DNA from: Erysipelotrichaceae bacterium
Lineage (GTDB): Bacteria > Bacillota_I > Bacilli_A > Erysipelotrichales > Erysipelotrichaceae
Direction: 5' to 3'
Assembly (NCBI GenBank): GCA_963676105.1
Contig: OY781039.1
Location: 1,410,001 to 1,442,000, forward strand
DNA: 32,000 nt
A model generated the notes under the pieces. It was not told the origin of the DNA and did not search any database. It saw nothing but the letters and a program-made list of their open reading frames with translations. Below, one piece after another: positions 1-9,175 of the stretch. The translations under genes were made by a program, and so were the position numbers. Within the stretch, counting starts at the first letter, position 1; each line of letters begins with the position of its first letter.

Positions 1-520
1 CCATCGCAATGACAACTCTTTGTTTCATACCACCTGAAAATTGATGTGGATAATCATCAGCTCTATCTGCCGGTATACCAACAAGTCTTAGCATTTCAAC
101 AGCTTGTTTATATGCTTGTTCTTTTGTATATGGATTATGTAAAAGCAAACCTTCTGATATTTGCTTTACAACTGTTATAACTGGGTTAAGGGCAGTCATA
201 GGATCTTGGAAAATCATAGAGACTTTCTTGCCTCTTATTTTCCGCTTTTCATTCTCACTAAGTTTAAGAATATCTACACCATCTATGAATATTTCACCAT
301 TTGTAATACGTGATGGTGGTTCAGGAAGTACTTGAATAATTGATTTCGCAATTGATGTCTTTCCCGCTCCTGTTTCTCCAACTAAGCCAAGTGTTCTGCC
401 TTTTTTTATATCAAAAGATACACCATTTACGGCTTTAATAATGCTTCCTTCTGATGTGTATTCAACATATAAATCCTTCAAGGATAAAAATACATTTGAA
501 TCAATATTTTTTTCTGTCAT
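1..520 (-). CDS. ABC transporter ATP-binding protein, Opp/Dpp type (first ATPase); C-terminal part lies outside the window
   Basis: The reverse-strand frame starts at ATG 520-518. It is absent from the ORF track because it runs off the window. My translation gives MTEKNIDSNVF...GRTLGLVGETGAGKTS (Walker A) and FSGGMKQRVVIAM (ABC signature) at the window edge. It lies immediately downstream of the two permease genes. Confidence 0.85.
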   Translation of the reverse strand, partial: MTEKNIDSNVFLSLKDLYVEYTSEGSIIKAVNGVSFDIKKGRTLGLVGETGAGKTSIAKSIIQVLPEPPSRITNGEIFIDGVDILKLSENEKRKIRGKKVSMIFQDPMTALNPVITVVKQISEGLLLHNPYTKEQAYKQAVEMLRLVGIPADRADDYPHQFSGGMKQRVVIAM

Positions 521-535
521 ATCTTTTCCTCTTTA

Positions 536-1411
536 TCACTTTTTCAATTTAGGATCTAACGCATCTCTTAAAGCATCACCGATTAAATTCAATGAAAGTA
601 CAGATAACATAATGGCAAATCCTGGGAATAAAACTAAATGCGGATAATCTCTAATAAAGTTTCTTCCAGCTGATAACATCGCGCCCCATTCTGGCGTTGG
701 TGGTTGTACACCCAATCCAATAAAACTAAGTGCTGATGCAGCTAACCCAGAAGTCGCAATTGATAATGTAATTTGAACAATTAATGGTGAAATCGCGTTA
801 GGAATAACATGTTTTGTAATGATTCTTAGATGACTCCCATTAATTGAAGTAGCAGCTTCAACATATTCCATTCCTCTTACAGTTAAAATACTAGCTCTCA
901 TCAGTCTTGCAAACGCCGGTATCCCAGCAACACCTAATGCCAAAATTGCTTTATCAAAACCAACACCAAATACGGCTGATAAGGCGATAGCAAGCAACAT
1001 ATTTGGAAACGCTTGAATAATATCCAATAGTCTCATGAAAATACTGTCAAACAATCCACCAAAATATCCGGCAATTGCTCCAATAACAATCCCGACACTT
1101 GCTGCAATAGCTGTCGAGAATATACCAATACTTAAGGTATATCTTGTTCCATATAATAATCGTGTAAGAATATCTCTACCGAGATCATCTGTACCAAACA
1201 AATGTTCCATTGAAGGTGATGCAAATGCATTCATAATATCAATTTTATCGATGCTATAACCCGTTATTTGTGTTGAAAAAATTGAAAGAATTATTAAGGC
1301 AGTTAAAGCAACTGCACCAATAATTGCGCCTTGGTGATGAGACATTCTTTTCATCACAGTTGCAAGTTGGGAATTCTTCCAGTTATTGAAAGTACTATTT
1401 TCCTTATGCAT
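536..1411 (-). CDS. ABC transporter permease, OppC/DppC-like
   Basis: 291 aa polytopic membrane protein. The C-terminal IGDALRDALDPKLK tail is typical of OppC/DppC. It overlaps the upstream permease gene by 8 nt. Confidence 0.85.
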   Translation of the reverse strand: MHKENSTFNNWKNSQLATVMKRMSHHQGAIIGAVALTALIILSIFSTQITGYSIDKIDIMNAFASPSMEHLFGTDDLGRDILTRLLYGTRYTLSIGIFSTAIAASVGIVIGAIAGYFGGLFDSIFMRLLDIIQAFPNMLLAIALSAVFGVGFDKAILALGVAGIPAFARLMRASILTVRGMEYVEAATSINGSHLRIITKHVIPNAISPLIVQITLSIATSGLAASALSFIGLGVQPPTPEWGAMLSAGRNFIRDYPHLVLFPGFAIMLSVLSLNLIGDALRDALDPKLKK

Positions 1412-2357
1412 TAGCTTTCTTCTCCTTTTTCACATAACTAGCTCTAATTCTTGGATCTACAAACGCATAAAGTAAATCTACTAAAAGCATGACCATACTA
1501 AATGTAAAAGCTACAAATATAATTGAACCTTGAACAGCTGCGTAATCTCGAGCATTAATACTTTTAAGTAAATATGAGCCAATTCCAGGAATCGAAAAGA
1601 CTGTTTCAAGAACTAATGTTCCACCTAAAAGTAAACCAAATCTTGTGCCAATAACGGTAATAATTGGAATCAAAGCATTAGGCAAAGCGTGCGCATATAA
1701 AACTACTCGCTCTTTAACACCTTTTGCTCTAGCTGTTGTAATATAATCCGAGCGTATGACATCTAACATACTTGCACGCGTTTGTCTTGTCATCCCCGCA
1801 ACACCGTTTAGTGAGTTTGCAAACGCTGGTAAAATGTAATATTCAATACCACCAATACCCGCTGATGGAAACCACTTTAATTTTAGTGAAAATACAATTA
1901 CCATCATTAGTGCTAACCAGAATCCTGGCATAGAAACGCCAAACATCGAGAACAGCATGGAGCCTCTATCTTTCCAAGAATTTTCATTAACTGCTGAATA
2001 TATACCTAAAGGAATACCAATTAACATCGATAAGCCAATACTCATAGATGCAATTAAAAGGGTTCTAGGAAATCTAGCAATTAATTCACTTGTAACGGAA
2101 GTTCCATAAACATAAGATATCCCAAAATCAAAGTGAAAAAAGACATCTGTTAAGTAATTAACTAATTGTGTAAAGTAAGGTTGATCCACTCCTAGTTGCG
2201 CTTTTGCTGCAGCTATTTCTGCCGGTGTAGCATTGCTTCCTAACATAATTGTTACTGGATCGCCAGGCACAAAATACATTAATGTGTATATTAAAACCGC
2301 AACACCTACTAGAATTGGAATCATCCATAATAATCTTTTAGCTATATATCTGACCAT
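1404..2357 (-). CDS. ABC transporter permease, OppB/DppB-like
   Basis: 317 aa. The N-terminus MVRYIAKRLLWMIPIL...FVPGDP and the C-terminus VDLLYAFVDPRIR are hallmark OppB/DppB sequences. GGAG sits upstream of the ATG. Confidence 0.85.
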   Translation of the reverse strand: MVRYIAKRLLWMIPILVGVAVLIYTLMYFVPGDPVTIMLGSNATPAEIAAAKAQLGVDQPYFTQLVNYLTDVFFHFDFGISYVYGTSVTSELIARFPRTLLIASMSIGLSMLIGIPLGIYSAVNENSWKDRGSMLFSMFGVSMPGFWLALMMVIVFSLKLKWFPSAGIGGIEYYILPAFANSLNGVAGMTRQTRASMLDVIRSDYITTARAKGVKERVVLYAHALPNALIPIITVIGTRFGLLLGGTLVLETVFSIPGIGSYLLKSINARDYAAVQGSIIFVAFTFSMVMLLVDLLYAFVDPRIRASYVKKEKKANA

Positions 2358-2377
2358 TAAAATTTCTCCGAAAATAT

Positions 2378-2414
2378 AGGATATGAAGAGTTTAATCTCT
2401 ACTCTTCATATCCT
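2378..2414 (-). terminator. Perfect 13-bp hairpin between the SBP and permease genes (attenuator or mRNA-stabilising stem-loop)
   Basis: AGGATATGAAGAG (2378-2390) pairs perfectly with CTCTTCATATCCT (2402-2414) across an 11-nt loop. On the minus strand it is followed by ATATTTTCGGAG, which contains the SD of the next gene. Confidence 0.55.
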
Positions 2415-2426
2415 TAGTAAATAAAA

Positions 2427-4046
2427 CTATTTAACTACTGATTGATAATCATCTGCAAATTCTGATGCGCCAACAATTAATTGACCTTTAGGATGAATAA
2501 CAATATCAGTTATTCCATCAACACCAACTACATAAGTGTAGGTAATAAATAACCCCATTGCATACGCTTGATCATACATATAATCGTGGAATGCTTCAAC
2601 AGTCTCTGCACTGTGTGTTTCAACACCTGCCGCTTGGGCTAATAGATCTTGGAAAGTATCATCATGAATAAAGTTTGCTGTTCCTTGATCGCCGAATCCA
2701 TTAGCATCAAATGCTAATTTCCATGCATTAATAACAAAATCAGTTGTACCTTTACGGTCTAGGATAATATCCCATTGAGTTGAATCATTCTTGTAACTTG
2801 AGAATAATGCATTGTCATAAGATAGAATTTCAGTTTCAATACCAATTTCACTTAAATTAGCTTGAATAATTTGAGCTGCTTGTTGATGTCCAGGGACAGT
2901 TGCTCCAACCATAATTCTGATACTTAATTCACCTGGTTCATAACCAGCTTCTACTAATAAAGTTTTTGCTTTATCTAAATCGTAGTCATAATAATCTTCT
3001 GAATCCCATGCTTCGTTGTAATCACCAGCATAACTAGTAGCAAAATCATGAATGATTTCACCAGCACCATTTAATGCACCTTGAAGAATAGCTTCTTGAT
3101 CAATTGCATAAGCAACTGCTTGTCTTAATTCTAAGTTATCGAAAACATTACCAGTTTCAACATTAAACATAAGAACATTTGATAAACCACCAACGGTAGT
3201 TGCAACATTGTAACCCTCAACTGCAGTTCCATCAGCATTTAAGAAATGGCTAATTTCACTTGCAGAAATTGAAGTAACAATATCAGCACCTTGAGTTTCT
3301 AATGCGATAGTTCTTTGAGCTGCTTCAGTAACAACATTAAATGTAATCTTATCTACTGGTTGTTTTGCTGTATAAGCTACACTAGCAGCATCTGTTTGCC
3401 AGTAATTTGTATTCTTTTCAAGAACAATACGTGAACCTGATACTAAATCTGTAACAACATATGGTCCAGTCGCAATTGGATTTGTTGCTAATTCTTCAGC
3501 ACTACTTGCTTCATAAGCAGCTTGAGATACAATTGGAACTTGATTTAACATATATTCCATCATACCTAATGCATCAGTTGTTAAACCGATTTCAACTGTG
3601 TAATCGTCTACTGCAGTAATATAATCTAAATTACCTCTAACTTTAGCGTAGTTACCAGAGTTAGCTGTTGATTCATATGAGAACACAACATCACTTGCAG
3701 TGATTGGATTTCCTTGTGAATCTTGAACGTAATCATAGATGGTAACTCGCATTGTTTTACCATCAATTTTTTCTACACTTTTTGCGATAATAAGTGGCAT
3801 AGTGTCAATTGTTTGACCTAATGCGGTTACTTCACCTAATGTTTCATAAAGTTCAAATCTAATGTAATTTCTACCTGCTCCAGTAGCACCAAATGGTGAA
3901 ATATCACCAATGTCGCTCTCCATAACTGCTACAACTGTTTTTTCAGCTGTTCCTTCACTTTGATCAGTTTGATCATCTGAAGACGAACAAGCAGTTACTG
4001 TAAATACTAATAATAATGCTAATAATATTCTCCCTATTTTTTTCAT
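2427..4046 (-). CDS. ABC transporter substrate-binding lipoprotein, family 5 (OppA/DppA-like); ligand unknown
   Basis: 539 aa. Signal peptide with lipobox LLVFTVTAC-SS. The size and position ahead of OppB/C/D-type genes fit. AGGAGG sits upstream of the ATG. Confidence 0.8.
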   Translation of the reverse strand: MKKIGRILLALLLVFTVTACSSSDDQTDQSEGTAEKTVVAVMESDIGDISPFGATGAGRNYIRFELYETLGEVTALGQTIDTMPLIIAKSVEKIDGKTMRVTIYDYVQDSQGNPITASDVVFSYESTANSGNYAKVRGNLDYITAVDDYTVEIGLTTDALGMMEYMLNQVPIVSQAAYEASSAEELATNPIATGPYVVTDLVSGSRIVLEKNTNYWQTDAASVAYTAKQPVDKITFNVVTEAAQRTIALETQGADIVTSISASEISHFLNADGTAVEGYNVATTVGGLSNVLMFNVETGNVFDNLELRQAVAYAIDQEAILQGALNGAGEIIHDFATSYAGDYNEAWDSEDYYDYDLDKAKTLLVEAGYEPGELSIRIMVGATVPGHQQAAQIIQANLSEIGIETEILSYDNALFSSYKNDSTQWDIILDRKGTTDFVINAWKLAFDANGFGDQGTANFIHDDTFQDLLAQAAGVETHSAETVEAFHDYMYDQAYAMGLFITYTYVVGVDGITDIVIHPKGQLIVGASEFADDYQSVVK

Positions 4047-4095
4047 AATTGCCTCCTATTGCAATTTTTAAACTTATCGAATAATGTTAAATATT

Positions 4096-4932
4096 CTATG
4101 ATTCAAATATATGTCTCACATCATATATAATCGTGCTATCTTTCCAACAACTTTTTCTTAAATTTTCATTTTCAAATAGCTTAGTGATGGTTCCGATATC
4201 TCTTGAATCATCTTCATTCAGAAAGTTTGCGGTTGTTATATCTTTACTTCCAAGATAACCGTCTATTATCCTTTTACAATTCTCTAATAAATCGTCTACT
4301 ACATTATCAATTGGTGACCCATTTTGAGATGGACAAATATTTTGGATATCCCAATCACTTGTCTTTAAGTTACTCAGTAACTCTTTATATCTCTCAATAC
4401 TCACACTGCTTTTACTTAAATGATCTAGCAATACAACTTGATCAGATTCAATTGCATCTCCTGTAAACAATATCTTTGTATTAACATCGAATAATATAAC
4501 TCCTCCATCTAACTGAACATCAAATTCCCTTAGATAAATCTTTCTGTTTCCTAAATCAAGTTGTTTCGTTTCATTTGCTTTTATAAACTTAAATTCAATA
4601 TTTTCATAAATTTCTATTGTTTTTTTGTTTATGCATAAATAATCTGAAGCATTTTGACTTATATAAACGAAACAGCCAGTGAAGTATCTATTAGCCTTTA
4701 AACAAGACTCATCATATTTAGTGTTAACTACTATGATTGGAACATCTACTATATTTTCTATGGTTTCTCTTAATTCATATCCATCAAAACATGGATTAAT
4801 AACTAGTGCACTCTCCTTTCCTTTGAGAACATAGGTATATGTATGACTTTCATTGTGTATAACTATCCAAGTATCTTTTGCGATTCTTCTTATCTGTAAA
4901 TTTTTTGGTTTGTATTCATCTTTGACTAACAC
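4096..4932 (-). CDS. MBL-fold-like protein with a degenerate metal site (probable pseudoenzyme paralogue of the upstream gene)
   Basis: 278 aa with a GTG start and GAAGG upstream. It aligns by eye with the 4944-5819 product (ACLIDTG.../ALVINPC..., PIIVLITHGHRDH/PIIVVNTKYDES, LMLGDAV/ILFTGDAI), but the HxHxDH motif reads TKYDES and the later GHSEG His is absent. Confidence 0.6.
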   Translation of the reverse strand: MLVKDEYKPKNLQIRRIAKDTWIVIHNESHTYTYVLKGKESALVINPCFDGYELRETIENIVDVPIIVVNTKYDESCLKANRYFTGCFVYISQNASDYLCINKKTIEIYENIEFKFIKANETKQLDLGNRKIYLREFDVQLDGGVILFDVNTKILFTGDAIESDQVVLLDHLSKSSVSIERYKELLSNLKTSDWDIQNICPSQNGSPIDNVVDDLLENCKRIIDGYLGSKDITTANFLNEDDSRDIGTITKLFENENLRKSCWKDSTIIYDVRHIFES

Positions 4933-4943
4933 TCTTTTACCTT

Positions 4944-5819
4944 CTATTTCACTACGAGATCAATGTCATAAATCAAATTACCAATTCCACCATCTTCTCT
5001 TGCTAATGGGCCGTTTTCAGGTGCCTGTTTTTTTGCTAATCGCATATCTCTTCCAGCAAATACCGCTAAGTTATTCCCTACAAATGGTATTTTGTCATCT
5101 GTGCCATTTATAATTTCGTCACATAACTCAAGCACACCTTTAATCGTGTCTATTGGTCCTTCACCACCTTCATGTTGATAAAGAACTCGATTATATCTAC
5201 CAATTGTTTTTTCATTTAGTCTCATCAACATTTCTTTATATTCGTTTACCGAATTCCAAATTCGAGTATTGCAATTTACTGCATCCCCTAACATCAACAT
5301 TTTTAGTTCAACGAATAATAATGTAATGTTCCCTTCAGAATGTCCAGCACCTTCATGTACTTCTACAGTTAGGTTGCCTAGGTCAAACACGTCGCCTGGG
5401 TTTAATGGTTTAATTTCTTCAAATGGCTTAGCTTCATGCCAATCTGAATCTTCAATATACTGCCATAATCCATTGTTAACTTTTCGACTTGGAACTTTAG
5501 AAATACTTTCTTTTCTAATTGACAGTGGGCTATCTTCTGCATATTTTTCTTTATCAAGATAACTCATATATACATCTTCAAATGCAGCAGTTCCCATTGC
5601 GTGATCTCTATGACCATGCGTAATTAGAACTATAATTGGTTTTTCAGTGAACTTACGAACATAGCCTAACAAATCACCACATCCGTACCCTGTATCAATA
5701 AGACAAGCTTTTTCATCTCCAATTAAAAGGTACATAATCGTACTAGATACATCTTCAATTCTTATAAGATTTTCAGTTAACTTTTCTGAGATAAAAAGAT
5801 CTTTGTTATCAATGCTCAT
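4944..5819 (-). CDS. MBL-fold metallo-hydrolase
   Basis: 291 aa. Intact HxHxDH motif (VLITHGHRDHAMG), downstream EGAGHSEGN and LGDA motifs. GAAGGT sits upstream of the ATG. Confidence 0.8.
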   Translation of the reverse strand: MSIDNKDLFISEKLTENLIRIEDVSSTIMYLLIGDEKACLIDTGYGCGDLLGYVRKFTEKPIIVLITHGHRDHAMGTAAFEDVYMSYLDKEKYAEDSPLSIRKESISKVPSRKVNNGLWQYIEDSDWHEAKPFEEIKPLNPGDVFDLGNLTVEVHEGAGHSEGNITLLFVELKMLMLGDAVNCNTRIWNSVNEYKEMLMRLNEKTIGRYNRVLYQHEGGEGPIDTIKGVLELCDEIINGTDDKIPFVGNNLAVFAGRDMRLAKKQAPENGPLAREDGGIGNLIYDIDLVVK

Positions 5820-5988
5820 TTCGATACCTTCTGTGCCTTTTGCAATTTCAATATATCATGTAAGCAGTTACAAACCATGTGATACATTTTTTTGATTTTG
5901 TGTGAATTTTTATGATTTTAAAAAATATTATAATATGATATACGTAAGCAAATATTATTAGTTATATTAAATCTAAGGTGGTGATATT

Positions 5989-7551
5989 TTGAATATTCTC
6001 GTAATAGGAAATTTTTCATGGTTAGAAAATTTAGACAGAAAACATACAAGTTTCTTTCATCATGAAGATTCTATTTCATGTAATAATCTCTATCTTGAAA
6101 TTCAAAAAAATATACCTGATTTAATCATTTTGCGAACTCAAAATTTTGAAGATTCAAATTATCTTGAATGTATTAATATTTTTCGTACATCCTATCCTCA
6201 AACAAAGTTTTTATTGATTAGTTCAGAAAAAAACTATGATGAGTTATACGCTGCGATGAAAGCAAATATTGAGTTTTTCTTTGTGGAACCTATTGATTTG
6301 AATGAAATAAATAAAGTTATATCCGAATTAAGGAATACAGATATCAATGAACAAGAAAATAATTTTGCGCAGACTCATAAGCAAGCTGTTCGTGACCTGT
6401 TCTTCTCAAAAACCATATTTGAATTAGACTCAAACCATAATCTTGATTCAATAAATGAAACCTATTGGACCCATTTTGACGAAGGATTATTTAGAGTCTT
6501 TGATATTAAAATTGATTTTGAAAATAGAACATCAAAAGAGATTGAATTAAAGGATTTTCAAATAAAATTACAAAACTCAGTAGGTGAAGTATTTCAAGAA
6601 TATTGTTTTGATATACTTTATCAAAATCGATTTACTGGCATTATGGTCTTATTAAATTATTCAGAAACTGCTGATTCAAAAATCATTGAAAAATTCAACG
6701 ATCTTTATACACTCATAAACAAAAATCATTTAATTGGTACTGATAATGTTTTGACTTTATCTGCTGGCGGTGCCTATCGTCATATTTATGATATTTTACA
6801 ATCACAGAAAGAAGCACTTCATAAATCATGGTCTCGCATTATTGAAGGAAGCGGAAAAGTTCTGATTTGGGAAAGTGAAAAAGAATTATCAACTGATGAC
6901 CTTGAGTTATTTAATGTAATCAGACGACAAGCAATGATAGCCTGTGAAACTTTAAATCTCGATATGTTTAAGGAAACCATGGAATCCTATTTTAAACTTA
7001 AACCAGAAATTCTTAATAAAAATGAAGTGCATTCTTTTACCCGTGAAATGAAAGATTATCTTTTTGAAACGAATTCTAAAAGAATAAAAGAGATTGGCGA
7101 TATTGACGAAATCTATATCGGAACTAGAAAAGCACTAAATGCTTCTAGTACTTTAGACGAATACAAAGATACCTATATAACTCAATGTTCTTGGATATTT
7201 ACCAATATTTTACAATCACCTGAAAGCAAGCACTTAGTATCAATAAGAGATGCAATTTCATTTATAAAACAACACTACAGTGAAGACATTGGTGCTAATG
7301 ATGTCGCAGAACATGTTGGTCTAACATCAACCTATTTTTCTTTTCTATTTAAAAAAGAAACAGGAGAAAATTTCATTTCATATTTATTGAATTATCGTTT
7401 AAATGTAGCCAAAAATCTTCTTCAAGAGAGTGAGTTATCAATAAAAGAAATCTCTGAAGTTACTGGATTCAATGATCAACGTTATTTTAGTAAAAAATTC
7501 AAACTAGTTATTGGCTTAACACCGACGTTATATAGAGCTTATTATAATTAA
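5989..7551 (+). CDS. AraC-family transcriptional regulator with an N-terminal pseudo-receiver domain
   Basis: 520 aa with a TTG start preceded by AAGGTGGTG. The C-terminus is a dual HTH of AraC type (DVAEHVGLTSTYFSFLFKKETGENF...ISEVTGFNDQRYFSKKFKLVIGLTP). The N-terminal 120 aa look like a CheY fold, but the conserved acidic and lysine positions are substituted (see findings). Confidence 0.8.
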   Translation: MNILVIGNFSWLENLDRKHTSFFHHEDSISCNNLYLEIQKNIPDLIILRTQNFEDSNYLECINIFRTSYPQTKFLLISSEKNYDELYAAMKANIEFFFVEPIDLNEINKVISELRNTDINEQENNFAQTHKQAVRDLFFSKTIFELDSNHNLDSINETYWTHFDEGLFRVFDIKIDFENRTSKEIELKDFQIKLQNSVGEVFQEYCFDILYQNRFTGIMVLLNYSETADSKIIEKFNDLYTLINKNHLIGTDNVLTLSAGGAYRHIYDILQSQKEALHKSWSRIIEGSGKVLIWESEKELSTDDLELFNVIRRQAMIACETLNLDMFKETMESYFKLKPEILNKNEVHSFTREMKDYLFETNSKRIKEIGDIDEIYIGTRKALNASSTLDEYKDTYITQCSWIFTNILQSPESKHLVSIRDAISFIKQHYSEDIGANDVAEHVGLTSTYFSFLFKKETGENFISYLLNYRLNVAKNLLQESELSIKEISEVTGFNDQRYFSKKFKLVIGLTPTLYRAYYN

Positions 7552-7561
7552 TCAAAAATAC

Positions 7562-7585
7562 AAAAAAAGAAGCTGTAACGCTTCT
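7562..7585 (-). terminator. Rho-independent terminator downstream of the PTS EIIC gene
   Basis: AGAAGC (7568-7573) pairs with GCTTCT (7580-7585) across a 6-nt loop. On the plus strand an A7 run precedes it, which becomes a U-run after the hairpin on the minus-strand transcript. Confidence 0.55.
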
Positions 7586-7649
7586 AGATGTGCACTCAAC
7601 CACTTGCTGGTTTCGTACTATTCTATTTCGTACAACCTCTTTTTTTATA

Positions 7650-8930
7650 CTAAGCTTCTACGCCTTGTTCTTCTTCGTATTTCTTTTTATCCCATGCAGC
7701 AATGAATGGGTAATAGATTGCAGCGGTAACTACAAAGTTAACGATTTGAAGTAATACAACACGTACATCACCATTACCGATATAGAAACCGGATAAAATT
7801 ATTGGTGAAGTCCATGGTGCCGCTAGACCTGGTAATGCGCCAACAATGCCAGATGAAATTGCAGCGTATGAAATAAGAATTGAGCTCAGTGGAGCTAGTA
7901 AGAAAGGAATCATCATCATTGGGTTCATAATAATTGGTAAACCGAATGTGACTGTTTCATTAATATTGAATAGACCAGGGCCAATTGATAATCGACCGAT
8001 ATACTTAACTTGTTCTGATTTAGCTAAGAAAGCCATAATGAATACAAGTGATAATGTTGAACCAGAACCACCAACACGTACCAATAACATCATAAATTCA
8101 TATGTAACTACGTGAGGAATTGCAGTACCTGCTTGGAAGGCTGCTAAGTTATCTAAAGTAGCTGCTTGCCAAATTGGTTGGAAAACAGAACCAACAACGT
8201 TAGCACCATGGATTCCCACAAACCAAAAGATTTGTACGAATGTTTCTGCAATTAATGTTCCCCATAAGCCAGTACCTAGATGTAGTAAAGGTATTTGGAA
8301 GAATAAACGAATGAAATCAAAGAATGTACCATAACTTGTATGATCAAATCCGAATCGTACAGCTGTCCAGAATACAATCGCAATTGCAGCAGGTGTTAAA
8401 GCCATAAATTGGTTAGAGATTGCAGGTGGAACTTGTTCTGGTAGTTTAATTGTCCAACCTCTTTCAATAACAAAGTTATAAATCTCAGCTGTTACAATCG
8501 CAACAATCATCCCTGCAAATAGACCTTGAGATGTTAGATATTGACGTGCATAGCCTCCTCCATCTAATTGATGCATAAGAATGAAAAAACTTGATAGTGA
8601 AATAACAGCAGCAGGCAATGCAGGTTTTTCATATGATTTAGCTAAAGCATATGAGACACCTAAAGTAGCAATTAAGCCAACCATTCCCATTGTAGCGGCG
8701 AATATTACACCCCAGTTGAACCATTTCCAATTTTCTCCAAAAATTGATAACATCATGTTTTGATATGGATCAACAGGTAATTCAGCAATAACAATTACGA
8801 ATGAACCAACAATCATAATTGGTAAGCTGGATACGATACCATCACGAAGTGCTCTTAGGTAGCGATTACCTTGCATCTTCGCAGCTATAGGTAAGAAATT
8901 CTCTTCTAAAAATAATGTAAACTTATCCAT
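7650..8930 (-). CDS. PTS sugar transporter subunit EIIC, lactose/cellobiose (Lac) family
   Basis: 426 aa polytopic protein. The N-terminus MDKFTLFLEENFLPIAAKMQGNRYLRALRDGIVSSLPIMIVGSF is characteristic of CelB/LicC-type EIIC. It lies next to GH1 6-phospho-beta-glucosidase genes. Confidence 0.85.
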   Translation of the reverse strand: MDKFTLFLEENFLPIAAKMQGNRYLRALRDGIVSSLPIMIVGSFVIVIAELPVDPYQNMMLSIFGENWKWFNWGVIFAATMGMVGLIATLGVSYALAKSYEKPALPAAVISLSSFFILMHQLDGGGYARQYLTSQGLFAGMIVAIVTAEIYNFVIERGWTIKLPEQVPPAISNQFMALTPAAIAIVFWTAVRFGFDHTSYGTFFDFIRLFFQIPLLHLGTGLWGTLIAETFVQIFWFVGIHGANVVGSVFQPIWQAATLDNLAAFQAGTAIPHVVTYEFMMLLVRVGGSGSTLSLVFIMAFLAKSEQVKYIGRLSIGPGLFNINETVTFGLPIIMNPMMMIPFLLAPLSSILISYAAISSGIVGALPGLAAPWTSPIILSGFYIGNGDVRVVLLQIVNFVVTAAIYYPFIAAWDKKKYEEEQGVEA

Positions 8931-9060
8931 AGATTAATACCCCTTTTCTTAAAGTGGTCTTATAGAATTTAGAAAGAAAATCAAGTGAAACAGGTCTGGT
9001 CTATAATCTATTCCGAAAGGGTAGATTTCTTTCTAAATCTATCGACACACACAGTATCAA

Positions 9061-9075
9061 TTAAAACGCTTTCAT
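9061..9075 (-). promoter_or_regulatory. cre-like (CcpA) operator candidate in the EIIC leader
   Basis: The minus strand reads ATGAAAGCGTTTTAA. Against the cre consensus WTGNAANCGNWNNCW it has one mismatch (A instead of C at position 14). Confidence 0.35.
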
Positions 9076-9175
9076 TGAAAAGAGCATTCTCTTGCCTTGC
9101 ATAACAACTTCAAAATTACAAAAATTACTGTCTGTTTTTTGAAGTTTTACTTCAGAAAATGATGATATTTTACAT

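Noticed and set aside
5925-5936. Perfect palindrome ATATTATAATAT carrying TATAAT on both strands, between the MBL operon and the AraC gene. It could be a pair of overlapping face-to-face -10 elements.
   Set aside because: The region is almost pure A/T, and no convincing -35 partner exists on either strand at 16-18 nt. I cannot tell it apart from low-complexity sequence without transcription start mapping.
9045-9053. Short (AC)n run (ACACACACA) in the EIIC leader.
   Set aside because: At four and a half repeat units it is too short to be a meaningful microsatellite or phase-variation tract, and it is not in a coding or spacer-critical position.
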